This document shows positions 1 through 12,671 of a stretch of 63,838 bases of DNA, piece by piece. Each line of letters opens with the position of its first letter. Position 1 is the first letter of the stretch. Made by a program: the position numbers and the translations under genes. The DNA comes from Myxococcota bacterium. Lineage in GTDB: Bacteria; Myxococcota; XYA12-FULL-58-9; JALHOP01. The DNA lies in NCBI GenBank assembly GCA_041288095.1, contig JBGGMJ010000129.1, positions 1 through 63,838 on the forward strand, given 5' to 3'. The notes below the pieces were generated by a model that ran no database searches, had not been told where the DNA came from, and saw only the letters and a list, made by a program, of their open reading frames with translations.

Positions 1-715
1 GCAAGACCCAGCTCGCGTCCGCCATCGCAGAAGGTCTGGGCCTGCCGATGATCTCCTGGATCGTGAAGTCGACGACCAAGGCGCGTGACGGCCTCTACGT
101 GTACGACACCGTCGCCCGCTTGAACGACGCGCGTTTCAACGACCGCGACATCCGTGACATCGGCAAATACATCAAGCTCGGTAGCCTCGGCCGCGCTCTC
201 GCCGCCACGGAACGTGTCGTGTTGCTCGTCGACGAGATCGACAAGGCCGACCTCGAGTTTCCGAACGACCTGCTGCACGAGCTCGACCGCATGAGCTTCA
301 CGGTCGACGAGACCGGCGAGACCATTACCGCCAAGCACCGGCCGATCGTCGTCGTCACCAGCAACAACGAGAAGGAGCTGCCCGACGCCTTCTTGCGGCG
401 CTGCGTCTTCCACTACATCGCCTTCCCCGACGAGCCGCTCATGCGCGACATCGTCGCGGTGCACCACCCGCGGCTCGAGGAGAAGCTCCTGTCGCAAGCG
501 ATGGCGAGCTTCTATTGGCTGCGCAAGCAGACCGATATCCGCAAGCGCCCCTCGACGAGCGAGCTCATCGACTGGATCGCGGCTTTGCGCGCCGGCGGCA
601 TGACCGCCGAGGCCATCGAGAAGGAGCTGCCGTTCCTGGGCGTGCTCTTGAAGCGCGAGCAAGACGTCGAAGCCGCGGTGCGCGCCCTCGAGAAGAAGGG
701 GGTGCGCGCGTCGTG

Positions 716-716
<1 letters not shown>
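1..716 (+). CDS. MoxR-family AAA+ ATPase (5' truncated by window edge)
   Basis: Frame open from window start with (G)KTQLA Walker A tail, LLVDEIDKAD Walker B, TSNNEKELPDAFLRRC sensor/Arg finger. Confidence 0.9.
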
Positions 717-1960
<1,244 letters not shown>

Positions 1961-2074
1961 CGGACGCAACGCGTGTGCTCATAAGCCGATACACGGCCTC
2001 CCGGGAGTGAGATCGTTATGAGCTGCTACGCAATACGCGCCAATGAGTGCATCGGAACTGGCTCCGAATACATC

Positions 2075-2410
2075 ATGGGGTCGACGATCCCGCAGCTCCT
2101 CGACGACCTCGCGCGCGTCATGCGCGAAAACCCAGACATCGTTCGCGAAGCCAACGCGGTGTACGAATTCACCGTTCACGGGCAGGGTACCTGGACCATC
2201 GACGCCACCGTTCCAGGTGGGATCGTGAGGGAAGGGCGCGCGCAGAACCCCGACTGCACCTTCGCGTTGAGCGAGGAGACTCTGAAGGGCCTGATGGATC
2301 ACACCTTGAGCGCCAAGTGGGCGCTCGCGACTCGCCGTTTGCGCGTCAGTAACATCCCCGCGGCAATGCGCCTCGCGGAGATCATTCGCCGCGTCAAACG
2401 CGAGGGCTAG
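2075..2410 (+). CDS. SCP2 sterol/lipid-binding domain protein
   Basis: YEFTVHGQGTWTID...GRAQNPDCTF...ATRRLRVSN pattern typical of SCP2; start could be 2018. Confidence 0.65.
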   Translation: MGSTIPQLLDDLARVMRENPDIVREANAVYEFTVHGQGTWTIDATVPGGIVREGRAQNPDCTFALSEETLKGLMDHTLSAKWALATRRLRVSNIPAAMRLAEIIRRVKREG

Positions 2411-2419
2411 GCTGTCCGC

Positions 2420-2830
2420 TCAGGCGTACGTGAAGGTCAACGCGACCTGCGTCCGCTCCGAGAGCGTGAGCGCCACCGGGCAGGTGTGCGCGGTCTCCTC
2501 GAGCTGCTTGCGCATGCCGGCCTCGAGGGACGCGGGCATGGTGATGGCTACGGTGAGCTTGGCGACCCGACGCTTGGGGTCGGCGACCATCTCTTTGTCG
2601 ACCGAGGCGCTCATCGGCCCGAGCTCGACGCCGCTCTTGCGCGCGACGATCGCCATGGTCGTCAGCATGCAGGTGCCGAGCGCCGTGCCGACCAGATCAG
2701 TGGGCGAAAACGACTCGCCCAATCCCTGATTGTCACGTGGCGCATCCGTCGGCAGCACCGATCCCGAGGGCGCGTGCACGCAACGGCAGTGCAGCTTGCC
2801 TTCGTAGTCGATGTCGACGCGGACGCCCAT
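2420..2830 (-). CDS. OsmC/Ohr family protein
   Basis: TDAPRDNQGLGESFSPTDLVGTALGTC...CPVA two-Cys OsmC signature; start at MGVRVDI. Confidence 0.9.
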   Translation of the reverse strand: MGVRVDIDYEGKLHCRCVHAPSGSVLPTDAPRDNQGLGESFSPTDLVGTALGTCMLTTMAIVARKSGVELGPMSASVDKEMVADPKRRVAKLTVAITMPASLEAGMRKQLEETAHTCPVALTLSERTQVALTFTYA

Positions 2831-2831
2831 T

Positions 2832-3176
2832 TTAGCAGCTCGGATCGTCCGGGTTGTCGGTGCAGAAGGTGGCGAAGCAATTGACCAGTGCTCGCGACTG
2901 GTCGGCGCACTCCGAGGCCACCGCCGGATCGCAGACGAAATCTTCGCTGCAGCTCTGGAGATCTTCGGCTTCGTCGCCGCAATCGGCGGCATCGATACGA
3001 TCGGCGAGCTGGGCGCAGTCCGCTTTGCACGCGGCCTTTTCCTCGGCGGTCAGGGGATCGGCGCCGTCGCAGGTGCGATCGCAGCCTTCGTCGCAGGTCT
3101 CCTGGATGCTGGCGCCGCCGCACGCCGCGATAGCGCACAAGCCGAGGGTGAGTAGAAGGTTACGGGCGAATTGCAT
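2832..3176 (-). CDS. Cys-rich lipoprotein, paralog 3 of tandem array
   Basis: Lipobox IAAC, 12 further Cys, acidic; aligns with two upstream paralogs. Confidence 0.8.
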   Translation of the reverse strand: MQFARNLLLTLGLCAIAACGGASIQETCDEGCDRTCDGADPLTAEEKAACKADCAQLADRIDAADCGDEAEDLQSCSEDFVCDPAVASECADQSRALVNCFATFCTDNPDDPSC

Positions 3177-3195
3177 GGCGAGTCTCCTGTAGTTT

Positions 3196-3543
3196 TCAGC
3201 AGTCGGGATCGGATGTGTGGGCACGGCAGTAGGCGAGGGTGCAGGCCTCGAGCTCTTCACTCTGCTCGTTGCAGTCGGCGGCGAAGGTCGCCTTGCATTG
3301 GTTTTCTTCGGCGCAATCGAAGAGGGCCGCGAGCTCGTCTTCGCAGGCTTGCTTCTCGGTGCGCGTCTGGATCGCGTCGCACTCGTTGTCGCAGTTCACG
3401 AGCTCGGCGGCGGTAGGCGCTTCTTCGCCTTCGCACGTGGCGCGGCAGTTGTCCTTGCACTTGTCGCCGGCGCTGTCGCTACTGCTACAGGCCGCGATAG
3501 CGAACAAGGCGATCGCCGAGAGGGAAGCGAGCTTCATGTACAT
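3196..3543 (-). CDS. Cys-rich lipoprotein, paralog 2
   Basis: Lipobox IAAC, 12 further Cys with same spacing; start 3543 or 3537. Confidence 0.8.
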   Translation of the reverse strand: MYMKLASLSAIALFAIAACSSSDSAGDKCKDNCRATCEGEEAPTAAELVNCDNECDAIQTRTEKQACEDELAALFDCAEENQCKATFAADCNEQSEELEACTLAYCRAHTSDPDC

Positions 3544-3552
3544 GTCCGGGAG

Positions 3553-3591
3553 TCGAGGGGGTGGCTGACGCAAGCGCCAGCCACCCCTCGA
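3553..3591. repeat. GC-rich intergenic stem-loop between lipoprotein paralogs
   Basis: tcgagggggtggctg ... cagccacccctcga inverted repeat. Confidence 0.6.
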
Positions 3592-3595
3592 TCAA

Positions 3596-3937
3596 CTAGC
3601 AGTTTTCGTTGTCGGGATTCTCGGAACAGAACTCGAGAATACACGCGAAGTACGCCGCACCAGCGGTTTGGCAATCTTCGTTGACTTCGTCGCTGCAAGC
3701 CTCGCCACCGCAACCGGCGAGATCATCCGCGGTGTCGGTGCAACCAGCCGCTTCGTTGAGGGCAACCGCGTCGTCGCAGCTCTCCTCGCACGCAGTGGTC
3801 TCGGCCGCGGTCGGCGCGTTGCCGTCGCAATCCGACTCCGAGCAACCTTCTTTGCACTTGTCGGCGAAGCTATCACCACCGCAAGCGGCGAACGTGGCCA
3901 AACCCAAAACCATCAACAACGCACGGGCGAACTGCAT
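3596..3937 (-). CDS. Cys-rich lipoprotein, paralog 1
   Basis: [19 protein letters not shown] lipoprotein signal, 12 further Cys. Confidence 0.8.
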   Translation of the reverse strand: MQFARALLMVLGLATFAACGGDSFADKCKEGCSESDCDGNAPTAAETTACEESCDDAVALNEAAGCTDTADDLAGCGGEACSDEVNEDCQTAGAAYFACILEFCSENPDNENC

Positions 3938-4054
3938 CTAGGGGACTCTCCATGGTCTTCGGCGACATGCCGAGCGTGTCTTTTTGACACTGGACTGGGT
4001 GGTCAACGCAAGTTCTTGATTACTTGGGCCACGCGCGTGTACGGGGAGAACCCG

Positions 4055-5731
<1,677 letters not shown>

Positions 5732-5865
5732 CGACGCCCAGCGTAGACTCTGTCAACGCCGGTTGACACAGGTGGCGCCCTTCGCCAAGAAAAACTCAAG
5801 TAAATTCAGCGCTGTGCTGTTGGCGTGTCTCCTGCAGTAGCCAATGGCCTCAGGAGAATAGCGTC

Positions 5866-7953
5866 ATGCTCAAGCGCCTCACTACACTCGTTCTCGCGGC
5901 GACCTTCGCCGCCGCCTGCTCGGACAACGACGGTCCCGACATCGGCCCGCGCGTCTCGACCAGCGCCGCCCTCGTACGCTTCGATAGCTGCGAAGACCTC
6001 GCCAAGAAGCTCAAAGAGAACCTCCGCGAAGAGTCGCGGACCATGCTCCTGCAGTACCTCGACGAGTCGAACGGTTGGGGCTGGGGCAGGGGCATGGAAG
6101 AGGACGCGTCGTTCGAGGGCGCGCCCAACGCCGCCGCGGACAGCACCTCCGGCCGCCAGGAAGGCGTCGACTACTCCGGCACCAACAATCAGGAGACCGG
6201 CGTCGACGAGGGCGACTTCGTCAAGACCGACGGTGACTACATCTACGTCTTGAACGGCCGCAGCCTGGTCATCGTCGCGGTACCCGAGTTTGGCCAGCTC
6301 GATCAGGTCGGCAGCTACGACGTCGAGGGCTATCCGCAAGAGATGCTGGTGGCGGGCGACACGCTGGTCGTCTTCTCGCAGATCTATCCCTACTACTTCG
6401 GCTACGAGCACCCGCTGTTCGCCGACGCCGTTTTCGCGGACGGCCGCACCTGGCGTACCAGCGAGCTCGTGAAGCTCACCTTCATCGACATCAGCGATCG
6501 CGCAAACCCTGAGACCAAGCGCGAGCTTTACGTCGAGGGCTATTACCAGACGTCGCGTAAGATCCAGACGTCGATCCGCTTGGTTTCCTACGCTCAGACC
6601 AACCTGTGGGACGTCTTCTTCTACCCGCAGTTCCCGGAGAGCTACTGGAGCCTGGACTACAGGAGCGCCGAAGCCCGCGCCATGCGCGAGCGAGCGGTCT
6701 ACGACACCATCGCCAAGAACGACAAGATCATCGACAAGAAGCCGCTCTCGGACTTCATCCCCAACATCTACGAGCGCCGCGTCGACGCCATCAGCACGCG
6801 TAACTTCGCTGACTCCGAGTGCACGTCTTTCGGAATCGCCGACGACGGCCTCGGCCGCGGCGTGACCTCGATTGTCAGCTTCGACACCACCAAGGACGAC
6901 TTCGAAGCCGACCACGTCGTGTCGAACACCAGCATCGTGTACGCTTCGACGGACACGCTGGTGATCGCCGAGCCCTCGTGGAACTGGTGGTGGTTCTACG
7001 GCCAGAACGACACCTTCGACGACTCGACGAACCTGCACCGCTTCCACATCGGCACGCCGGGCGTGTCGACGTATCAGGGCAGCGGCCGCGTCCCCGGCGC
7101 TCTGCGCAATCAGTTCAACCTCTCCGAGAAGGACGGCGTGCTGCGCGTCTCGACGACCTCGAACCAGTGGGGCCGTTGGTGGGTCGAGAACCCGCCGCCG
7201 GTGAGCAGCAACGTCTTCACGCTCAAGGGCGACTTCCACCTCGAGATCATCGGTGAGCTCCGCGGTATCTCGCCGGGCGAAACACTGTGGGCGACGCGCT
7301 TCGTCGGCGACACCGGGTATCTCGTCACCTTCCGCAACATCGACCCGCTCTGGACCGTCAATCTCTCGGACCCCACGAACCTCGTGATGGTCTCGGAGCT
7401 CGAGGTGCCCGGCGTCTCCACCTACGTGCACCCGCTCTCCGGCGGCCGGCTGCTGTCCATCGGCATCGCCGGCACCCTGACGGGCGGGCTCGATTGGGGC
7501 TCGACACAGGTCTCGCTGTTCAACGTCTCGGTCCCGGCAGAGCCGGCGCTCGCGGCGGCGTTGCAGCTAGGTCTCCCCAACGACCAGTCGTGGTCGTACA
7601 GCGAGGCGCAGTACGAGCACAAAGCGTTCACCTACTGGGAGCCGAAGCAGACGCTGGCGGTGCCGCTCTCGAGCTACGGTTACTGGTCGTCGGGCTACCG
7701 CTACTACAGCACCCTCGAGCTGGTCTCCGTTTCGGCGGACGGCCTGGCGCGCGCCGGCGCCATCGACCACACCGGGTTCTTCAACGACCCGACGCGCTGG
7801 TGGTCGAACCCGGGCATTCGCCGCAGCATCTTCATGGGTGATTACGTGGTGGCGGTGAGCGACCGCGGCATCACCGCCACGCACTTGGGGGACCTCGTTC
7901 TGACGGCGTCTTTGCCCCTGCCGGGCAATAACGACCCGATCTGGTTCTACTAG
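5866..7953 (+). CDS. Beta-propeller domain lipoprotein (secreted, Beta_propel-like)
   Basis: Lipobox AAAC; YSGTNNQETGVDEGDFVKTDG, NQFNLSE, RFVGDTGYLVTFRNIDPL, HKAF motifs. Confidence 0.85.
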   Translation: MLKRLTTLVLAATFAAACSDNDGPDIGPRVSTSAALVRFDSCEDLAKKLKENLREESRTMLLQYLDESNGWGWGRGMEEDASFEGAPNAAADSTSGRQEGVDYSGTNNQETGVDEGDFVKTDGDYIYVLNGRSLVIVAVPEFGQLDQVGSYDVEGYPQEMLVAGDTLVVFSQIYPYYFGYEHPLFADAVFADGRTWRTSELVKLTFIDISDRANPETKRELYVEGYYQTSRKIQTSIRLVSYAQTNLWDVFFYPQFPESYWSLDYRSAEARAMRERAVYDTIAKNDKIIDKKPLSDFIPNIYERRVDAISTRNFADSECTSFGIADDGLGRGVTSIVSFDTTKDDFEADHVVSNTSIVYASTDTLVIAEPSWNWWWFYGQNDTFDDSTNLHRFHIGTPGVSTYQGSGRVPGALRNQFNLSEKDGVLRVSTTSNQWGRWWVENPPPVSSNVFTLKGDFHLEIIGELRGISPGETLWATRFVGDTGYLVTFRNIDPLWTVNLSDPTNLVMVSELEVPGVSTYVHPLSGGRLLSIGIAGTLTGGLDWGSTQVSLFNVSVPAEPALAAALQLGLPNDQSWSYSEAQYEHKAFTYWEPKQTLAVPLSSYGYWSSGYRYYSTLELVSVSADGLARAGAIDHTGFFNDPTRWWSNPGIRRSIFMGDYVVAVSDRGITATHLGDLVLTASLPLPGNNDPIWFY

Positions 7954-8049
7954 GCCAGAAACACGGAGGATCGCGCTATCGGGGGTGGCGCGTTCCCTGT
8001 GACGTTCTGGTCCTTGATGGCCGCATCCGCGCATCGGTATGTTGAGGGG

Positions 8050-10212
8050 ATGCTCGCGCACGCCGACGAAACCCTGGACGCCCGTCTCAGCCGCGGGTCC
8101 CTACGGCCGGTCGAGGCGCTCGGCGTGGCGCTGGCCGTCGCGCGCGAGCTCCAAGAAGCTCACGAGCGCGGCACGGTGCACGGCGACCTGAGCCCGGCGA
8201 GCATTCACCTCGGTGCTGATGGCGCCGTCCACGTCCACGACATGCCCCGCGGCCGGCGCATCACGCAGGAGCTCTCGAACGAGGGCAACCGCACCTTCGC
8301 CGCCTTGGAAGAGCTGGCGCAGAGCCGTCCACACGTGCGCAAGGCCGACGTCATCCTCGGCGCTCTCGCCTACAAGAGCCCCGACCAAGTGCGGGGCGAG
8401 CGGGCCGAAGCGAGCGACGACATCTTCGCGCTCGGCGCCATCTTGTACGAGATGCTGACCGGAAAGCGGGCCTTCCCCGCCGAGTCGCGCTCCGAGCTGA
8501 CGCGCCAGATCGTCTCCGCGAGGCCGAAGTCCCTGAGTGGTCAGGTCCCGGCCGCCATCGAGCGCATCGTCGCGAAGGCCTTGGCGCCGCAACGCGACCA
8601 GCGCTACGCCTCGGCGGCCGTCATGGTCGCCGACCTCGAGCGTGAGCGTGGCCCCGAGGCTCCGGAAGTGCGAGAGGCGCCCAAGCCCGCCGCCGCGCCT
8701 ACCGCCCCCGCGCCGCGCCCGACCAAGCCTGGGCGTCGTGTGGGCAAGAACCCGGTATGGCTAGTTGCCGCCGTGATCATCGGCATCGCGACCGCCATCG
8801 CGGTCACGATGTTCGAGCGCAAGAAGGCGCCCCGCATCGATGATCACACCGTGCTCATCGTGCCGATGGAAGTGCGCGGGCAGAACGAAGGCTCGGCATA
8901 CCTCGGCCGCGCTTTCGCCGAAGCCATCGCGGTGAACCTCGCGCTCGCCGGCTTGAAGGTGCTCCCGGTCCCGGATCTCGGAGAGCTCGGCGCCGGCGCC
9001 ATGGATCGCTCACAAGTAGCGCGCGAGCACGGCGCGGGCCGCATGCTCACCGGCGCGGTCACGCGCAGCGGCGAGCAACTGCAGGCCAACTTGAACCTCA
9101 TCGACGCGGTGGAGAACCGCATCGTCTGGGGCACGCAGGCCAGCAGCGCCAGCAACGATCTGTCGAGCCTCGCTCTCGAGCTGTCGCGTGGCGTGGCCAC
9201 GCAGCTGGGCGCTGACCTACCGCGCCTCTACGATTACATCGGCAATCTCACCGGCGGCCCGGCCATGGCGCGCTCGCCCGATACCAGCATCGCGCTCGGT
9301 GCCATCCGCACCGGCGACGCGGTGCGCGCGCTCGAGTCGACCGCGCGCCTCGTGCACACTTTCCCGCAAGAGCTTGCCGCGCACGCCTTGCGCACGCAGG
9401 CGCTGCTGCTCGCTTGGGACGCCGACCCGTCGACGGAGAACGCCGCGCGCCTACGCGAGGCCATGACGGCGCTCGAGGTCATCGACGCCAAGAACCCCTA
9501 CTCGCTGTTCTACCGCGCGTATCTCGCCTACGGCCGGGGCGACATGAAGACAGCGCTCGAGCTCTTCGCCGCCATCGTCGAGCGCGACGACTTGTCACCA
9601 GCGGCGCGCGCTTGGGTGATGCGCTATCGCGCACTGGCTCTCGGCGTTACCGGCGACAAGGCGCGCAGCCTCGCGGTCCTCGAGGAAGCGTTGTCCATCG
9701 ACCCAGCGAACGCCTGGACGGTCGCGTCGCTCTCGGAGAGCCTGGGTGAGCTCGACCGCCCGCACGACGCGCTCGAGCGCGCTCAACAAGCCGTGGCGCT
9801 CAATCCGCTCTCGTGGCGCAACTACGTGACGCTCGGCCTGTCGTTCATGCGCCTGTCGCGCTTCGCGGAAGCCGGCAAGGCATTCGCCACCGGGTGCAAG
9901 AGCAGCAACGCGCAGTTCGCCTGCGCGCTCGAAGCGGTGGCGCTCGAGCACGCCAGCAAGAAGGACGAAGCGCGGGCGGCCGCCGAGCGCGCGAGCAAGG
10001 CGACGGACAGCACGTGGGGCACCTACAACCTCGCCTGCTACTACGCTATCGCGGGCGACAACAAACGCGCTCTCTTCTATCTGAGCCGCGCGGTCGAGCT
10101 CGGCTTCCCCAATACGAGCTTCGAGACCGACCCCGACTTCGCGGCGCTGCGGGGCACGCCCGAGCTGCAGAAGCTGTCGGTGGTCGTGCGCCAGCGCACC
10201 GGCCGCGAGTAG
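8050..10212 (+). CDS. Membrane protein with degenerate Ser/Thr kinase C-lobe, TM helix, TolB-N-like domain and TPR repeats
   Basis: VHGDLSPASI, AYKSPDQ, DDIFALGAILYEMLTG, RY; TM VWLVAAVIIGIATAIAV; TPRs; YNLACYY...DPDF C-terminal motif. Confidence 0.8.
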   Translation: MLAHADETLDARLSRGSLRPVEALGVALAVARELQEAHERGTVHGDLSPASIHLGADGAVHVHDMPRGRRITQELSNEGNRTFAALEELAQSRPHVRKADVILGALAYKSPDQVRGERAEASDDIFALGAILYEMLTGKRAFPAESRSELTRQIVSARPKSLSGQVPAAIERIVAKALAPQRDQRYASAAVMVADLERERGPEAPEVREAPKPAAAPTAPAPRPTKPGRRVGKNPVWLVAAVIIGIATAIAVTMFERKKAPRIDDHTVLIVPMEVRGQNEGSAYLGRAFAEAIAVNLALAGLKVLPVPDLGELGAGAMDRSQVAREHGAGRMLTGAVTRSGEQLQANLNLIDAVENRIVWGTQASSASNDLSSLALELSRGVATQLGADLPRLYDYIGNLTGGPAMARSPDTSIALGAIRTGDAVRALESTARLVHTFPQELAAHALRTQALLLAWDADPSTENAARLREAMTALEVIDAKNPYSLFYRAYLAYGRGDMKTALELFAAIVERDDLSPAARAWVMRYRALALGVTGDKARSLAVLEEALSIDPANAWTVASLSESLGELDRPHDALERAQQAVALNPLSWRNYVTLGLSFMRLSRFAEAGKAFATGCKSSNAQFACALEAVALEHASKKDEARAAAERASKATDSTWGTYNLACYYAIAGDNKRALFYLSRAVELGFPNTSFETDPDFAALRGTPELQKLSVVVRQRTGRE

Positions 10213-10560
10213 GGCGAACGCCTGACAATGTGTCGGGATGCCACACCTGGGTTTCGCGGACTGTCCGCCGGGGCGGTGCTCCGCTTACGCGCTGACGTCG
10301 CGTACCGTTTGCCAACGAATGCAAACTTTTCCTGCTTGCGTTAGCGGACGTAGACCGTTAATCCAAGCACGACGCGAGTTTGCCGGTCGTTCGGGCTACC
10401 CAATGAGCCGCGCTCTTCGCGTTTGCAGTCTGCGATTGCAGTCGTCGTCCGTAGCTTGTCCGCGTACGCGGGCACCAAAAACGACACAAAATCGCAAAAA
10501 AAAGCATCTCGTCCGCGATAGCGGTTCACGGCGGCCCGCGGATCGCATAGCTTTCGCGGC

Positions 10561-10818
10561 GTGAAATCTCGTGGAATTCGAAACACATTGGCCCATAATG
10601 TTCGTCGCGCCACGGAGAAGCAGGGCTTGGGTGTAAACAAGCTCGCCGACTTCGCCGGGGTGTCGCGCTCCCAGTTGTATGACGTGCTCGGCAGCAAGAA
10701 GGGCGCCTCAGTCGACTGGATCGACAAGATCGCCGAGGTCCTCAAGATGGAGCCTTGGCAGCTTCTCCGTTCCGACGGGAGCGGTGGCGGCGGCAAGAAG
10801 AAGGCCAAGAAGCGCTAA
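10561..10818 (+). CDS. XRE/Cro-C1 family HTH transcriptional regulator
   Basis: LAHNVRR...GLGVNKLADFAGVSRSQLYDV...SVDWIDKIAEVLKMEPWQLL. Confidence 0.85.
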   Translation: MKSRGIRNTLAHNVRRATEKQGLGVNKLADFAGVSRSQLYDVLGSKKGASVDWIDKIAEVLKMEPWQLLRSDGSGGGGKKKAKKR

Positions 10819-11162
10819 GGCGTTTCTTCCACCAAGGCCGCGCAAGCGACTGGTGGCTCCAACGTGCTCAAGCGTCGCAACGTCGACGAGGTCAGCTAGG
10901 TGTGCTCCAGGGCCAGCACGATCAAAGCGCGTGAGTAGACACCCGGAGAATCGAAGGATCTCCAATCGACCGCGCGGTCGTGACAACCTGAGCCTGACGC
11001 GCCACCTGCGAGCCCGTTGACTCAAGTACTCCTTTCGCGGCCCGGCCGATCAGGCCGGGCTCCCGCGAACCCCCGCCTCGTTTTCTCCGAAGCGCCGCAG
11101 TGACTTGACCGACCTCCCAGGGTCACGTCTATCTCAGCGTCTGTCACGCGATCGGAGCCCCA

Positions 11163-12671
11163 ATGGAGTCAGTGTTCCACCCGGGTGAGGCATCGGCCAT
11201 CGAAGGAATGGTCGAGCGCCGGCCGGGCCCCTGCAGTGTCGTCATCTTCGGAGCCTCCGGCGACCTGGCCAAGCGCAAGCTCTTCCCCGCGCTCTACAAG
11301 CTCGCGCGTGGCGGCGACCTGCCCGAGAAGTTCATGGTCATCGGGGTCGCGCGCAGCATCCAGGACGACCAAGCCCTGCGCACGACCGTGCGTGAGGCGC
11401 TCGGCAAGTTCAGCGGTGAAAAGGAGGTCGATGAGGCCGCCTGGAAGCGGCTCGAGAGCTGCCTCTACATGGTGCGCGGCGACGTCGACGACATGCGCAC
11501 CTACGAAGAGCTCCGCCGCGTCATCGACAACGGCGAGAAGGCGCATGGCACCGGCAAGAGCGTGCTCTTCTACCTGTCCGTTCCGGCGTCCGTCTTCCCG
11601 GAGATCCTTCCGCGATTGCAGTCAGCGCAGCTCGTAAGCCCCAAGGGCGCCTCGGACCGGTGGACGCGCGTCATCGTCGAAAAGCCGTTCGGCCAGGATC
11701 TCGAGTCGGCGCGGCGTCTCAACGAGCTGTCCGCCAAAACGCTCGACGAGTCGCAGGTCTTTCGCATCGACCACTATCTCGGCAAGGAGACCGTGCAGAA
11801 CTTGCTGGTCTTCCGTTTCGCGAACGGCATCTTCGAGCCGCTCTGGAACCGCAAGTTCATCGATCACGTCCAGATCACCGCCGCCGAGCACATCGACATC
11901 GAAGGCCGCGGCCGCTTTTACGAAGAGACCGGTATCTTGCGCGACGTGGTGCAGAACCATCTGCTGCAGGTGCTGGCGCTGTTCGCCATGGAGCCGCCGA
12001 ACTCGCTGCAGGCCGATGAGATCCGCGGCGAGAAGGCGCAGCTCTTGCGCGCGCTACGGCCCTTCGACCCCAAGAAGGTAGCGCAGCAGGCCGTCCTCGG
12101 TCAGTACACCGGCTACCGCGAAGAGAAAGACGTAGCGCGCGATTCGCAAACGCCGACCTACGCCGCGCTCAAGCTCCTGATCGACAACTGGCGCTGGCAG
12201 GGTGTGCCGTTCTACCTGCGCGCCGGCAAGGCGATGAAGTCGCGCGTCACCGAGGTGAAGATCTGCTTCACCGGTATTCCGCTGTCGCTGTTCGGGCGCG
12301 CTACCGACGCCATCCGCAACAACGTGTTGACGTTGCGCATCCAGCCAGGCGAGGGCATCGGGCTCGGCTTCATGTCGAAGGTGCCCGGTGTCGAGTTCGC
12401 GCTCGCCAACGTCGACATGCAGATGCGCTACGCCGAAGTCTTCTCGAAGAAGCCGGCGGAGGCCTACGAGCGTTTGTTGCTCGACGCCATGCGCGGCGAC
12501 GCCACCTTGTTCCCGCGCCGCGACGAGATCGAAACGGCGTGGCGGTTCATCGATCCGATCTTGCGGCCGTCACAGGAGCTGCAGGTGCATTCGTACGCCA
12601 AGGGCTCGGATGGGCCGGACGCGGCTCGGCAGCTCATCGAGGGCGATCGGCGCGAGTGGTACCCGCTGTGA
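11163..12671 (+). CDS. zwf: Glucose-6-phosphate 1-dehydrogenase
   Basis: IFGASGDLAKRKLFPALY, EKPFG, RIDHYLGKETVQN. Confidence 0.97.
   Translation: MESVFHPGEASAIEGMVERRPGPCSVVIFGASGDLAKRKLFPALYKLARGGDLPEKFMVIGVARSIQDDQALRTTVREALGKFSGEKEVDEAAWKRLESCLYMVRGDVDDMRTYEELRRVIDNGEKAHGTGKSVLFYLSVPASVFPEILPRLQSAQLVSPKGASDRWTRVIVEKPFGQDLESARRLNELSAKTLDESQVFRIDHYLGKETVQNLLVFRFANGIFEPLWNRKFIDHVQITAAEHIDIEGRGRFYEETGILRDVVQNHLLQVLALFAMEPPNSLQADEIRGEKAQLLRALRPFDPKKVAQQAVLGQYTGYREEKDVARDSQTPTYAALKLLIDNWRWQGVPFYLRAGKAMKSRVTEVKICFTGIPLSLFGRATDAIRNNVLTLRIQPGEGIGLGFMSKVPGVEFALANVDMQMRYAEVFSKKPAEAYERLLLDAMRGDATLFPRRDEIETAWRFIDPILRPSQELQVHSYAKGSDGPDAARQLIEGDRREWYPL

Noticed and set aside
5751..5768. tgtcaac-gccg-gttgaca palindrome after ettA as terminator or promoter
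   Set aside because: Short, no U-tract and no properly spaced -10; cannot assign
10708..11069. 105-aa minus-strand ORF with AAGGAG and an upstream hairpin (11034-11069)
   Set aside because: RBS only 3 nt from the TTG, 110-bp convergent overlap with the XRE gene, no motif; the hairpin is real but its function is unsupported
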